Origin: an uncultured delta proteobacterium
GTDB taxonomy: Bacteria > Desulfobacterota > Desulfobaccia > Desulfobaccales > 0-14-0-80-60-11
Assembly: GCA_963834795.1 (NCBI GenBank)
Contig: CAWIDL010000021.1
Coordinates: 134,243-198,242, forward strand
Direction: 5' to 3'
Length of the DNA: 64,000 nucleotides
Numbering within the stretch: position 1 is the stretch's first letter; every line of letters starts with the position of its first letter. Under the pieces are notes generated by a model, which saw only the letters and a list, made by a program, of their open reading frames with translations, searched no databases and was not told the origin of the DNA. The position numbers and the translations under genes were made by a program. This document shows, piece after piece, positions 27,973 to 37,353 of the stretch.

Positions 27973-30641
27973 GGGAACCTTTCCTGGATCACTTCTTCAA
28001 GCCGCAAGCGGTGGCGGTGGTGGGGGCCAGCCCCAGGGAGGCGAGCATCGGCTTCACCCTGGTGAATAATCTCAAGAAGGGCGGGTTCCCCGGGAAGATC
28101 TATCCCATCAACCCAAAACATGAGGAAATCCTGGCTCTTAAGACCTACGCCTCCCTTGCCGCGGTGCAGGCCCCCATCGACCTGGCCATCATCGCCGTGC
28201 CCATCAAGGGGGCGCCGGCCATCCTTAAAGAGTGCGGCCCGGCCCAGGTGCCCGGGGCCATCATCATCTCCGCCGGCGGCAAGGAAACCGGAGTGGAGGG
28301 CGCCGAGATCGAAGCGGAGATCAAGGCCGCGGCGGAGCAGAGCGGGGTGCGCTACCTGGGGCCCAATTGCCTGGGGATCCTCTGCCCGTCCCAGCGGCTC
28401 AACGCCAGCTTTGCCGGGATCGAAGCCGCCCCCGGCAGCCTGGCCTTGCTCTCCCAGAGCGGCGCCATCTGCAGCGCTATCCTGGACTGGGCCGCGGTGG
28501 AGAATATGGGCTTCAGCCACTTTGTCAGTGTCGGCTCCATGGCGGACATCGACTTCGCCGACATGATCGACTATCTGGGCAATGAGGAGAAGGCCAGCAG
28601 CATCATCATTTACATGGAAAACCTGGTCCGGCACCGCAAATTTATGAGCGCCGCCCGCTCCGTTTCCCGGGTTAAACCCATCATCGTGGTTAAATCAGGA
28701 CGCAGCCGGGCGGCCGCCAAGGCCGCCGCCTCCCACACCGGCGCCCTGGCGGGGCAGGACGAAACCTACAATGCCGCCTTCCGGCGGGCCGGCATCATCC
28801 GGGTGGACACCATCTCCCAACTCTTTGACTGCGCCGAAACCCTGGGGAAGATGCCGCGCCCCGCCGGCGGCAGGCTGGCCGTAATCACCAACGCCGGCGG
28901 GCCCGGGGTGATGGCGGTGGACGCCTTCAGTAAATGGCACCTGGAGCCCCCCGCCTTGAGCGACGCCACCCTGCAAGCCCTGAATCAGTTCTTGCCCCCC
29001 ATGTGGAGCCACGCCAACCCCATCGATCTCTTAGGGGACGCCCGGCCGGAGCATTACCTGAAGGCGGTGCAGGTCTGCCTGGAGGCGCCGGAGCTTCAGG
29101 GACTGGTGGTCATCCTGTCGCCCCAGGCCATGACCGACCCCACTGCGGTGGCCCGGGCCCTGGCGGAGGTCACCAGCCGCGCCAAGCCGGTGATCGCCGT
29201 CTGGATGGGGGGCCGGCAGGTGGCCGAAGGGGTCAGCATCCTGATCCAAGCCGGTATCCCCACCTTCCCCACCCCGGAGGAGGCGGTTGACAACTTTATG
29301 CGGATGTACACCTATTCCCGGAATCTGGAGCTTCTGCAGGAGACGCCGCCCCGCCTGCCCCACGACCTTACGGTCAACAGCAAACAGGCCAAGACCCTCA
29401 TCGACGAGTGTTTCAAGCGGGAGGTAAAGGTTCTCACCGAAATCGAATCCAAGGCCATCCTGTCGGCTTACGGCATCCCGGTGAACCACACGGTGGCAGC
29501 TTCTTCGGCCGCGGCCGCAGTCAGGGCCGCCAAGACCATGGGCTTCCCGGTGGTCCTGAAGGTCCACTCCCCGGATATCTCCCACAAATCCGAGGTGGAC
29601 GGGGTGCGGGTCCACCTGCACAGCGAGGCCGATGTGCTGGCGGCCTATGAGGAGATTACCGGGAAGGCCCGGGAGGCGCTGCCCGAGGCCAGGCTCTACG
29701 GGGTGACGGTGCAGGCCCAGGTGCTCAAAGGAGACCTGGAACTGATCCTCGGCAGCAAACGGGATCCAGACTTCGGTCCCATCATCCTGTTCGGGCTGGG
29801 CGGGGTGCTCACCGAGGTCTTACGGGACACCGCGGTGGACCTGCCGCCCTTAAACCTGCTGCTGGCCCGGAGGCTGATGGAGAGGACCCAGGTTTACCGG
29901 CTGCTCCAGGGTTTCCGCAATATTCCCCCCGCCAACCTGGAGGCGGTGGAGGAAATCCTGGTGCGGCTCTCCCAGTTGGTGACCGATTTTCCGGAGATCG
30001 TGGAGTTGGATATCAACCCCTTACTCATCGCCGCCGGACAACCGGTGGCGGTGGACGCCCGCCTGGTCATCGAACCCAGCAGCCTGCCGGCGCCCCGCCA
30101 TCTGATTATCAGCCCCTATCCCAACCAGTATGAGAGCGATTGGCTCCTCGAAGACGGCACCCCGGTGTTGCTGCGTCCCATGCGGCCCGAGGATGAGCCC
30201 CTGGTGACGGAATTGCTGGACAACTGTTCGGACGATACCATCTATTTCCGGTATTTTCACCTGATCAAGAAGTGGACCCATCAGATGTTGATCCGCTTCA
30301 CCCAAAACGATTATGACCGGGAGATCGGCCTGGCTGCCTTCGGCCAGCCACCCGGGCCGGAGACCATGATGGGGGTGGGCCGGCTGGTCATGACCCCGGA
30401 GCGGCACACCGCAGAGTTTGCGGTGATTGTGGCCGACCCCTGGCAGGGCAAAGGCCTAGGGCAGAAATTGATTGAGCGAGTCCTGGAAATTGCCCGGGAA
30501 AATAGGGTAAATCTCTTGTGGGGTGAGGTCCTGGCCGCAAACCTGCCCATGCTGGAGTTGGTGAAAAAGCTGGGTTTCCGCGTCAGCAGAGACGAGTCGG
30601 ACGACACCAGAAGGGTGGAAATGGAATTTTCGCAGCAGTAG
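27969..30641 (+). CDS. bifunctional ADP-forming acetyl-CoA synthetase-family / GNAT N-acetyltransferase (Pat/PatZ-like)
   Basis: 890 aa with an N-terminal CoA-binding domain (VAVVGASPRE), a succinyl-CoA-ligase-like domain, an ATP-grasp domain and a C-terminal GNAT (VADPWQGKGLGQKL). The GTG start overlaps the glcF-like stop (GTGA). Confidence 0.9.
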   Translation: MREPFLDHFFKPQAVAVVGASPREASIGFTLVNNLKKGGFPGKIYPINPKHEEILALKTYASLAAVQAPIDLAIIAVPIKGAPAILKECGPAQVPGAIIISAGGKETGVEGAEIEAEIKAAAEQSGVRYLGPNCLGILCPSQRLNASFAGIEAAPGSLALLSQSGAICSAILDWAAVENMGFSHFVSVGSMADIDFADMIDYLGNEEKASSIIIYMENLVRHRKFMSAARSVSRVKPIIVVKSGRSRAAAKAAASHTGALAGQDETYNAAFRRAGIIRVDTISQLFDCAETLGKMPRPAGGRLAVITNAGGPGVMAVDAFSKWHLEPPALSDATLQALNQFLPPMWSHANPIDLLGDARPEHYLKAVQVCLEAPELQGLVVILSPQAMTDPTAVARALAEVTSRAKPVIAVWMGGRQVAEGVSILIQAGIPTFPTPEEAVDNFMRMYTYSRNLELLQETPPRLPHDLTVNSKQAKTLIDECFKREVKVLTEIESKAILSAYGIPVNHTVAASSAAAAVRAAKTMGFPVVLKVHSPDISHKSEVDGVRVHLHSEADVLAAYEEITGKAREALPEARLYGVTVQAQVLKGDLELILGSKRDPDFGPIILFGLGGVLTEVLRDTAVDLPPLNLLLARRLMERTQVYRLLQGFRNIPPANLEAVEEILVRLSQLVTDFPEIVELDINPLLIAAGQPVAVDARLVIEPSSLPAPRHLIISPYPNQYESDWLLEDGTPVLLRPMRPEDEPLVTELLDNCSDDTIYFRYFHLIKKWTHQMLIRFTQNDYDREIGLAAFGQPPGPETMMGVGRLVMTPERHTAEFAVIVADPWQGKGLGQKLIERVLEIARENRVNLLWGEVLAANLPMLELVKKLGFRVSRDESDDTRRVEMEFSQQ

Positions 30642-30660
30642 CCTTTGAGTTTCGAGTTGT

Positions 30661-30690
30661 AGGGGCGACCCGCTGGGTCGCCCTGATTTT
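30661..30690 (+). terminator. rho-independent terminator / REP hairpin
   Basis: AGGGGCGACCC-gct-GGGTCGCCCT followed by GATTTT, 20 nt after the stop codon. Confidence 0.55.
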
Positions 30691-30742
30691 GCGTTATGTA
30701 AGAAAAATGGATACTATTATATAGTAAAGGAGGGATAATCCC

Positions 30743-31132
30743 ATGCAAGACGTAGAATCGGTTCTTGAGAAACTTCAAAACCGCGTAGATTCTATTCTTC
30801 AAAAACTCAATAAAGGAAGCGACATCCAAAAGATCAGAAGCGAAATTGCAGACCTCATCTTGGAGCATCTCGAGTTAGTGAAGAAATCGTTAGGATATTT
30901 GAAAAAGATGTATTTTGCCTACGCTATAAGCGCACTTGCTTGGAATATCAATTCGTCACATAAACCACCTCTTGATTCTTGGCTTCGAGTATGTCTGGTT
31001 AGCCTTGAGAATGCATTTATTGCGCCCGAACAGTGGAGCGCAAACGAACCGGCAAGAAATAGTCAGTTCGACGCTATTACTTTTGATCAGCTTATTGAAG
31101 CTATCACTGAAATCCGTACAAGACTGCAATAA
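30743..31132 (+). CDS. hypothetical protein (partner of the TIGR02391-like gene)
   Basis: 129 aa, AT-rich, helical/coiled N-terminus, with GGAGGG upstream. Its stop overlaps the next start (TAATG). Confidence 0.5.
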   Translation: MQDVESVLEKLQNRVDSILQKLNKGSDIQKIRSEIADLILEHLELVKKSLGYLKKMYFAYAISALAWNINSSHKPPLDSWLRVCLVSLENAFIAPEQWSANEPARNSQFDAITFDQLIEAITEIRTRLQ

Positions 31133-31932
31133 TGGGACGAATCGAGCCTTTTGATTCTCAACATCTTGAAGCAGCATGCCCAGTGCTAGCCGACACTGAG
31201 CGCGGGCTTACCGGTTCTCAGATTGAACGACTTCTTCAGGAAATAAAGGTTGAAGACGTTTCGCCCGGATTAACAAAATGGAAGCGTCTTTTCAATGCGC
31301 TAGCCGAAGCTCAAAACAAGCACCAGCTCGGCAATCATCTGATCATGTTGATTAATCGAGCAATGAATCCGGTCAGCTACGCTCGCGATAAGGCTGCTTT
31401 CGACTGGCGACGAAGTGAGCTTAATGTCGTTCTTGCGTTTTCCGGCTTCGGAGTCAGAGAAGACGGGAAGGTCGTGAGATCGAGTAAAGAAACAACACTA
31501 GCAGGCGCTCGTGCGCGTGCAGGACGTCTCCAAGCTGCCCTTGAAAGCCGAAATGTCCATCCAGAGGTTCTTAAATACTGTCGTGCTGAACTGCTTGAAG
31601 AGAACTATTTTCATGCTGTCCTAGAAGCCACAAAAGGTATGGCGCAGCGCATTAGAGACATGTCTGGCTTGGGCACGGACGGTGCAGAACTAGTCAACGC
31701 GGCATTCTCCGGCAAAGCGCCAATTCTCACGCTTGGCTCACTTAAAACAGAGACTGAGAAAAGCGAACAGAGAGGTTTTTCAAATCTTCTGGTTGGCCTG
31801 TTTGGCGCAATTCGAAACCCGGTTGCCCATTCGCCGAAAATCTCATGGCCCATGTCTGAACTAGACGCACTGGACATCATGAGCTTCATTTCATTTGTTC
31901 ATAGAAAACTCGATGGCGCAGTCAAAGTGTAG
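31132..31932 (+). CDS. TIGR02391 (Hypoth_Ymh)-family protein
   Basis: 266 aa. The C-terminal signature LLVGLFGAIRNPVAHSPKISWPMSELDALDIMSFISFVHRKLD matches my recollection of the family. Confidence 0.7.
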   Translation: MGRIEPFDSQHLEAACPVLADTERGLTGSQIERLLQEIKVEDVSPGLTKWKRLFNALAEAQNKHQLGNHLIMLINRAMNPVSYARDKAAFDWRRSELNVVLAFSGFGVREDGKVVRSSKETTLAGARARAGRLQAALESRNVHPEVLKYCRAELLEENYFHAVLEATKGMAQRIRDMSGLGTDGAELVNAAFSGKAPILTLGSLKTETEKSEQRGFSNLLVGLFGAIRNPVAHSPKISWPMSELDALDIMSFISFVHRKLDGAVKV

Positions 31933-32103
31933 TGGCGCGGCCTAACAATCCGACTAAGACAAAACATAACAAATTATCTATTGGTAAAAACCCTGCACCT
32001 GTCAGGGCGCGGGTTTACTCGACCTACAAAATCCAAAACTCTAGACAAAATTATAAAATATAAAAATCAGTTGACAACGGTAACGTATATGTTACTGTAG
32101 CAT

Positions 32104-32424
32104 ATGACGATAACCGTTTGGGAATATTTAGACGAGAGGGGCGGGTCACCCTTTGCTCACTGGTTTGATGGTCTGCACGCTATAGCCGCCGCCAAGGTAG
32201 CCACGGCTCTTTACCGTTTAGAGCAAGGGAACTTTTCAAGAGTCGAAGGGATCGGCGGCGGCGTCTATGAGTGTAAGATTAATTTTGGTCCCGGTTATCG
32301 GGTCTACTTTGGTAAGGACGGGGAAGCGCTCATTATCTTGCTCGGCGGAGGTTCGAAGAAAAGGCAGCAAGCCGACATTTCGGCGGCGTTGTCTTGCTGG
32401 CAGGATTACAAGAGGCGGAAATGA
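32104..32424 (+). CDS. type II toxin, RelE/ParE superfamily (addiction-module killer, HigB-like)
   Basis: 106 aa with GGGVYECKINFGPGYRVYFGKDGEALIILLGGGSKKRQQADI, typical of TIGR02683-type killers. Confidence 0.85.
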   Translation: MTITVWEYLDERGGSPFAHWFDGLHAIAAAKVATALYRLEQGNFSRVEGIGGGVYECKINFGPGYRVYFGKDGEALIILLGGGSKKRQQADISAALSCWQDYKRRK

Positions 32425-32438
32425 TGGGAGGTGACGCC

Positions 32439-32753
32439 ATGGCCGTTACCAGAGAATTTCGCGCAACCTTGCTGGAACGCGCCCAGAAGGACGCCGAGTT
32501 TCGCAAAGCCCTGCTCAAAGAGGGCATTGACACCATGCTTGCCGGTGACGTGGAAACCGGCAAATCCATTTTGCGCGATTATATCAACGCGGCTGTTGGT
32601 TTTGGACGTTTGGCCGAAGCTACCCACATACCGGCCAAGAGTCTGATGCGCATGTTTGGCCCAAAGGGAAACCCACGGGCGGACAACCTGTTTCAGATCA
32701 TTAAACACCTGCAAGCCCGCGAAGGTATCCATTTGGAAGTGGCTCCGGGTTAA
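32439..32753 (+). CDS. addiction-module antidote (HigA-like HTH antitoxin)
   Basis: The ATG at 32439 follows GGGAGGTG. An alternative ATG at 32421 overlaps the toxin stop. C-terminal HTH region: HIPAKSLMRMFGPKGNPRADNLFQIIKHL. Confidence 0.8.
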   Translation: MAVTREFRATLLERAQKDAEFRKALLKEGIDTMLAGDVETGKSILRDYINAAVGFGRLAEATHIPAKSLMRMFGPKGNPRADNLFQIIKHLQAREGIHLEVAPG

Positions 32754-32789
32754 CTGGCCGGATCCGCAAACTTAAAACCAGGTGAGGCA

Positions 32790-33605
32790 ATGCCCAGACA
32801 AGCCGGGGCCCGGGCCATCATCACCCTGCTCAGCGATTTTGGGGTCCGGGACGAGTATGCGGCCTGCCTGAAGGGGGTGATCCTGGGCCTCAACCCCCAG
32901 GCGGTGCTGGTGGACCTGACCCACGCAGTGCCGCCTCAGGATATCCGCTCCGGGGCCTTTGTCCTGGCGGGGGCGGCGGCCTATTTCCCACCGGGGACCA
33001 TTCACCTGGCGGTGGTGGACCCTGGGGTGGGCACCGGCCGCCGGGGGCTGGCGGCGTACGGGCGGAGGCAGTTCTGGGTGGGGCCGGACAACGGCCTGTT
33101 TCATCTTATCTTTGCCGGGCAGCCGGAGCTTAAGATGGTCTCCCTGGAAAACCCCGATTATTTTCTTCCCCAAGTATCCCCAACCTTCCATGGCCGGGAC
33201 CTGTTCGCCCCGGTGGCGGCGCACCTTTCCCTGGGCCTGGAGCTGGGGCGTCTGGGGCCTCCCCTCACCGACCCGGTGCGGCTCCCCTGGCCGGAGCCGT
33301 CTGTCACCGCGGCGCTGATCCGGGGCGAAATTATCCATGTGGACCGCTTCGGTAACCTGGTGAGCAATATTGCCGCCGGCGTCTTGCACGCCTGGCTGCA
33401 GGGAGCAGAAAATAAATTTCAATTGCAGGTGGGGCGGCGCACCCTGACCCGCCTGGGGCGCACCTACGGGGAGGCCCCCCCGGGGGAGCTGCTGGCCCTG
33501 GTGGGCAGTCACGGTTACCTGGAGATCGCCTGCGCCGGGGACAGCGCCGCGGTCCGGCTCCAGGCGGGGACCGGCCTCTCCGTTGCGATCCGTCGGGGAG
33601 GTTGA
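32790..33605 (+). CDS. SAM hydrolase / SAM hydroxide adenosyltransferase family (DUF62)
   Basis: 271 aa with ITLLSDFGVRDEYAACLKGVI, HLAVVDPGVGT, GPDNGL and FHGRDLFAP. Confidence 0.9.
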   Translation: MPRQAGARAIITLLSDFGVRDEYAACLKGVILGLNPQAVLVDLTHAVPPQDIRSGAFVLAGAAAYFPPGTIHLAVVDPGVGTGRRGLAAYGRRQFWVGPDNGLFHLIFAGQPELKMVSLENPDYFLPQVSPTFHGRDLFAPVAAHLSLGLELGRLGPPLTDPVRLPWPEPSVTAALIRGEIIHVDRFGNLVSNIAAGVLHAWLQGAENKFQLQVGRRTLTRLGRTYGEAPPGELLALVGSHGYLEIACAGDSAAVRLQAGTGLSVAIRRGG

Positions 33606-33782
33606 AGGTCGCCGGCTACCAGCTTGAGCAAGAAGATTTCAATATCCCCGCTGAGGGACCTCTGCGAAAATCTAAAGGCAAGGTTTACAGATTTTTTCTC
33701 AAGGGCTCAGTTTTTACTTGTATATGGGATTGTTCTAAGGTAAAGGTTGTTTATACTATTTTTCTTATAGAATGGATGTCAT

Positions 33783-34241
33783 ATGCCCCGGGGAAAGAAC
33801 AAACGGATCAGAGCTGGAGAGGGTGGCGCAGACCTGTTTCTCATTAATGAGGTCTCCCGGTCGGTGAACCTTTCTCAAAAACGTATTCGGGAATATGAAA
33901 AAGAAGGGTTCCTCAAGCCCTTGCGGGAAAAGAACACCAACAACCGCCTCTATTCACCGTTCGACGTCACCCAGATCAACCAGATCAACAGCCTGATCCA
34001 TGATCGGGGTTTCACCCTGGCCTGCCTGCGCAACCTGATGGTGCTGGCGCCCTGCTGGAACATCTTTGACTGTCAGCAGAAAGAGAAATGCCCGGCCTTC
34101 CAGCTTCCCTGGCGCCTTTGCTACGAAGTGCGGGAATACCAGGACACCCTGTGCAACGGTCCCTGCGCCCGCTGCGCCGTCTACCTCAACCGGAACGTCA
34201 AGAAAGAAAAGATCCTGGAGCAATTTACTCCGGAATCATGA
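33783..34241 (+). CDS. MerR-family transcriptional regulator with Cys-rich C-terminal domain
   Basis: 152 aa with the MerR HTH (INEVSRSVNLSQKRIREYEKEGFLKP...NNRLYS). Eight Cys occur in the last ~70 aa. Confidence 0.8.
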   Translation: MPRGKNKRIRAGEGGADLFLINEVSRSVNLSQKRIREYEKEGFLKPLREKNTNNRLYSPFDVTQINQINSLIHDRGFTLACLRNLMVLAPCWNIFDCQQKEKCPAFQLPWRLCYEVREYQDTLCNGPCARCAVYLNRNVKKEKILEQFTPES

Positions 34242-34274
34242 CTTCCCGGAATTCTCCCTAAGCCTCTGCCCTCC

Positions 34275-34823
34275 ATGGCCAAAGCCCTCGCCATTGTGGG
34301 ACCTTCGGGCTCTGGCAAGACCGAGCTCATCTGCCGTTTGCTGGAGTGGTTTGCCCGTCGGGGCCTCAGGGTGGCGGTGCTGAAACATACCCACCATCGC
34401 GACCTGGGAGACCGGGACAAGGACACCTGGCGCTTTCGCCGGGCCGGGGCCCGGGTGGTGGCCCTGGCGGCTCCGGGTCTGCTCCAGGTCAGCCGCCAGG
34501 TCCCCGGCGAGCCCCCCCTCTCCGAGATTTTGGCGGCCTTGAGCCGGGAGGCGGACCTGATCCTGGTGGAAGGTTATAAATCCGGGCCGTTCCCCAAGAT
34601 CGCGGTGCTGCCTGCGTCCGCCAAAGAGAACCCGGCCCCCTCTCCCCAGGTGATCGCCATGGTGGGCCCGGCGCCATTGGCGGCGGAGCTGCCCGTCTTC
34701 CCGCCCGAAGAGCTGGAGGCCATTGGCGTCTTTATCCTGACCCATCTGGGTCTGCCGGGGCCGGCAGGCGACTCCGGGAGCGGCCAGGGTAAGGCGGATA
34801 CTCGCAGCCACGGCAAAAACTGA
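34275..34823 (+). CDS. mobB: molybdopterin-guanine dinucleotide biosynthesis adaptor protein MobB
   Basis: P-loop IVGPSGSGKT, VAVLKHTHH and LILVEGYK. Confidence 0.9.
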   Translation: MAKALAIVGPSGSGKTELICRLLEWFARRGLRVAVLKHTHHRDLGDRDKDTWRFRRAGARVVALAAPGLLQVSRQVPGEPPLSEILAALSREADLILVEGYKSGPFPKIAVLPASAKENPAPSPQVIAMVGPAPLAAELPVFPPEELEAIGVFILTHLGLPGPAGDSGSGQGKADTRSHGKN

Positions 34824-34865
34824 AAGGCGCTGGCGCACCGCCTGGCTTCCCAGCCGATGCAGGGA

Positions 34866-34996
34866 CGTAGGGCGCGTCTTCCGCGCCACGCCGGTGGGGC
34901 AGGCGTCTCGCCCGCCATTTTTTCTGGGGGCCTTACCGTAGGCGGGCGGGACGCCCGCCCCACGCGGGAATTTGGTGTGTGAAAGACGCACCCTGG
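34866..34996. repeat. cluster of GC-rich REP-like palindromic units
   Basis: GTAGGGCGCGTCTTCCGCGCC, GGGGCAGGCGTCTCGCCCGCC, GTAGGCGGGCGGGACGCCCGCCCC and GAAAGACGCACCCTGG. These are the same unit types as at 19342-19440, 20547-20592 and 30659-30684. Confidence 0.6.
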
Positions 34997-35065
34997 TATC
35001 TTGGGTTAAGATACGCTTTATTGAAGTCACGGCATGGTTAACGTTGGCAAAGGGGCAGCTGGGGT

Positions 35066-35770
35066 ATGGCAAGGAACGAGAGCCTGACCCCCGGGACGGA
35101 GAATCCTCCCCGAGTGACCGGGGCCATTCTGGCCGGGGGCTTCAGCAGCCGCCTGGGACAGGATAAGGCTTCCCTGTTGCTGCGGGGGAAACCCTTGACC
35201 CGCTGGGTGGCCGAGGCCCTGGCGCCGGTGGGGGGCGATTGCTGGCTGATCACCAACCACCCCGGGCCCCATCTGGCCCTGGGGCTGCCCCTGGTCACGG
35301 ATTTATGGCCCTTCCAGGGGCCGGCGGGCGGCCTGCGCACCGCCCTGTTCTACGCCCGGACTCCCTGGGTGCTGGCCGCCGCGGTGGACAACCCCTTCCT
35401 GTCCCCGGAGTTGCTGGCGGGATTAACGGCCAGGCTGGCCGGAACCTCCCGGCCGGCGGTGGTCTGTCGATCCGCCAGTGGTCTGGAGCCCTTCCCGGGG
35501 CTTTACCACGTGCGCCTGCTGCCGTCCTTGACTGCCTTTCTTAAGAGCCAGCGACGGGCCAGCCTCTTTCTGTCGGAATGCCGCCCTGAGGTCATACCGC
35601 CGGAGGAGGTAATGCGGCTGGACCCTGAGGGTCGCAGCTTCTTCAACCTCAACACCCCGGAGGACCTGGAACGGGCCGCCGCCTGGGGTGAGCCGGGAGC
35701 TCCCCCGGCCGCCGGCGGGGGGCCCCCGCCGGCCCCGCCGGACCCGGCGGGCCGCCACCGCCTCTCTTGA
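35066..35770 (+). CDS. mobA: molybdenum cofactor guanylyltransferase MobA (with P/A-rich C-terminal tail)
   Basis: GAILAGGFSSRLGQDKA, LITNHP and VDNPFLSPELL. Confidence 0.9.
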   Translation: MARNESLTPGTENPPRVTGAILAGGFSSRLGQDKASLLLRGKPLTRWVAEALAPVGGDCWLITNHPGPHLALGLPLVTDLWPFQGPAGGLRTALFYARTPWVLAAAVDNPFLSPELLAGLTARLAGTSRPAVVCRSASGLEPFPGLYHVRLLPSLTAFLKSQRRASLFLSECRPEVIPPEEVMRLDPEGRSFFNLNTPEDLERAAAWGEPGAPPAAGGGPPPAPPDPAGRHRLS

Positions 35771-35806
35771 CAGCACTCCGGCCTTTGGTTATAAAAAACC
35801 TCTATC

Positions 35807-35882
35807 CGGTCCCATCGTCTAGCGGCCAAGGACACCGCCCTCTCACGGCGGAGACACGGGTTCGATTCCCGTTGGGACTACC
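35807..35882 (+). tRNA. tRNA-Glu (anticodon CTC), CCA encoded
   Basis: 76 nt. Acceptor GGTCCCA/TGGGACT, anticodon stem CCGCC/GGCGG with loop CTCTCAC, T-arm ACGGG-TTCGATT-CCCGT. Confidence 0.95.
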
Positions 35883-36071
35883 AAAATCGTCCTTAACCTG
35901 CTTAAATTACTAAAGATAATTTTCAGAGACCCCCGAACGTTTCACCTTTCCGTCCACCTCCAGCAGCGCCTGACCTGCCCCCCAAAAACTGGTCCAAATA
36001 TTAAGTTAGAGATAAGCAAACCGATTCGAGTGGCGCGAGAAATGTCACCGCCTCCCCGCCTTAAGCAGCTA

Positions 36072-37184
36072 GTACTTAGTTGCATAAATCAGAGATACGA
36101 TTAGCCAAGCCTTTGGGATAAACATACCTTTTCCGCCATTGAAACGGTGCGGCTTGTGGATTGTAAGCCTGGACGAATTTATCGATAGCCTTCCTGACTT
36201 GTTGGGGGGAGGTGAAATTAGCCCCTTTGAGGGCACCGCGGCTGAGGATGCTGAACCAAACCTCGATTTGATTAAGCCAAGAGGCAGAAGTTGGAGTGTA
36301 ATGGAATTTAACCTGGGGATGCCTCTTCAACCACATATCGTTTTTGGGCTTATGGGTATTGAGGTTGTCTAAAATCACATGGAGTTCCTGATCAGGATAG
36401 TCAGCCAATATCTGGTTCATGAAGTCCAGAAATTCCACCCGCCGCCGTCGGTTATAGTGACCGGCTTTTACCTGACCGGTAGTCACTTCCAGGGCGGCAA
36501 ATAACGTGGTGGTGCCATGCCGCTTGTAACCGTGACTGAACCCCGTCAAGGTCTTGCCATTGGGAAGTTTCAGCCATCCCTGCGCTCTTTCCAGGGCCTG
36601 AATCTGGGGTTTTTCATCCACACAGATGACCACGGCGTTCTCCGGCGGGTCCAGGTAAAGTCCCACAATGTCCGCAGCCTTGCGGGCAAACTCGGGATCG
36701 GTGCTGACGCACCAGCTCCGGCGGCGTTCAAGACTGATGTTATGGCGCCGCAGGATGCGCCAGACCTGATGCTTGGTAACGTCACCCAAGGCTTCGGACA
36801 GAAGCCTGCCGTTCCAGCGGGCATAGCCTTCGGGAGGCGGTTCGTCCAGTTTTCTCAGCACCCGTTTTTCCGTGTCCTGCCTGTAGCTGCTGGGCTTCCC
36901 CGGTCTTTGGGCATCTTCCAAACCGGCCAGGCCTTCGCTGGCAAAGCGGGTCCGCCACTTGCTGACGGTGTTGGGGCGAACCTTCAAGTCCTTGGCAATG
37001 CCGCTGGTTTTTGCTCCCTGCGCCGCCGCCAAAATAATGCGAGCCCGCAGAACCTGGCGCTGTTCAGTTTTACTGTTACGTATCCTGGATTCGAGAATCC
37101 TACGGTCATCATCCGTCAATTGAATTTGAGTCGCTCTCATAATCGAGAGCCTATCATATATCGCTAATTAAAGCAACTATATAC
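36072..37184 (-). mobile_element. IS630-family insertion sequence (copy 2, different lineage from copy 1)
   Basis: TIRs GTACTTAGTTGCATAAATCAG (36072-) versus the reverse complement GTATATAGTTGCTTTAATTAG (-37184). TA duplications lie at 36070-36071 and 37185-37186. Length 1,113 bp. Confidence 0.85.
36076..37140 (-). CDS. IS630-family transposase
   Basis: 354 aa, intact, with N-terminal HTHs (RILESRIRNSK..., IAKDLKVRPNTVSKWRTRF) and the DDE core (VICVDEKPQIQALE, HVILDNLNTHK, TPTSASWLNQIE). Confidence 0.95.
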   Translation of the reverse strand: MRATQIQLTDDDRRILESRIRNSKTEQRQVLRARIILAAAQGAKTSGIAKDLKVRPNTVSKWRTRFASEGLAGLEDAQRPGKPSSYRQDTEKRVLRKLDEPPPEGYARWNGRLLSEALGDVTKHQVWRILRRHNISLERRRSWCVSTDPEFARKAADIVGLYLDPPENAVVICVDEKPQIQALERAQGWLKLPNGKTLTGFSHGYKRHGTTTLFAALEVTTGQVKAGHYNRRRRVEFLDFMNQILADYPDQELHVILDNLNTHKPKNDMWLKRHPQVKFHYTPTSASWLNQIEVWFSILSRGALKGANFTSPQQVRKAIDKFVQAYNPQAAPFQWRKRYVYPKGLANRISDLCN

Positions 37185-37309
37185 TAGACTGGCTCTATGC
37201 CAATAGAAGATTACTTGCCAAGAGCTACCCTTATCGGTGGTGGGGGAAAAATTCCAGATATGATTTGGCTAGCGAATTGGGGCTTTGGTGGAGGATTCAA
37301 GATTATTAC

Positions 37310-37353
37310 AAACAAAAGGCCGGTGGGTTTCATTACCACCGGCCCTTCTTTTC
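37310..37353. terminator. bidirectional rho-independent terminator
   Basis: Stem GGCCGGTGG/CCACCGGCC (37318-37326 / 37336-37344) with a 9-nt loop. T-runs occur on both strands (CTTCTTTT and, on the minus strand, TTTTGTTT). Confidence 0.55.

Noticed and set aside
33602-33847. 81-aa ORF upstream of the MerR gene.
   Set aside because: It has a GTG start overlapping the SAM-hydrolase stop, an implausible composition, and overlaps the MerR start region.
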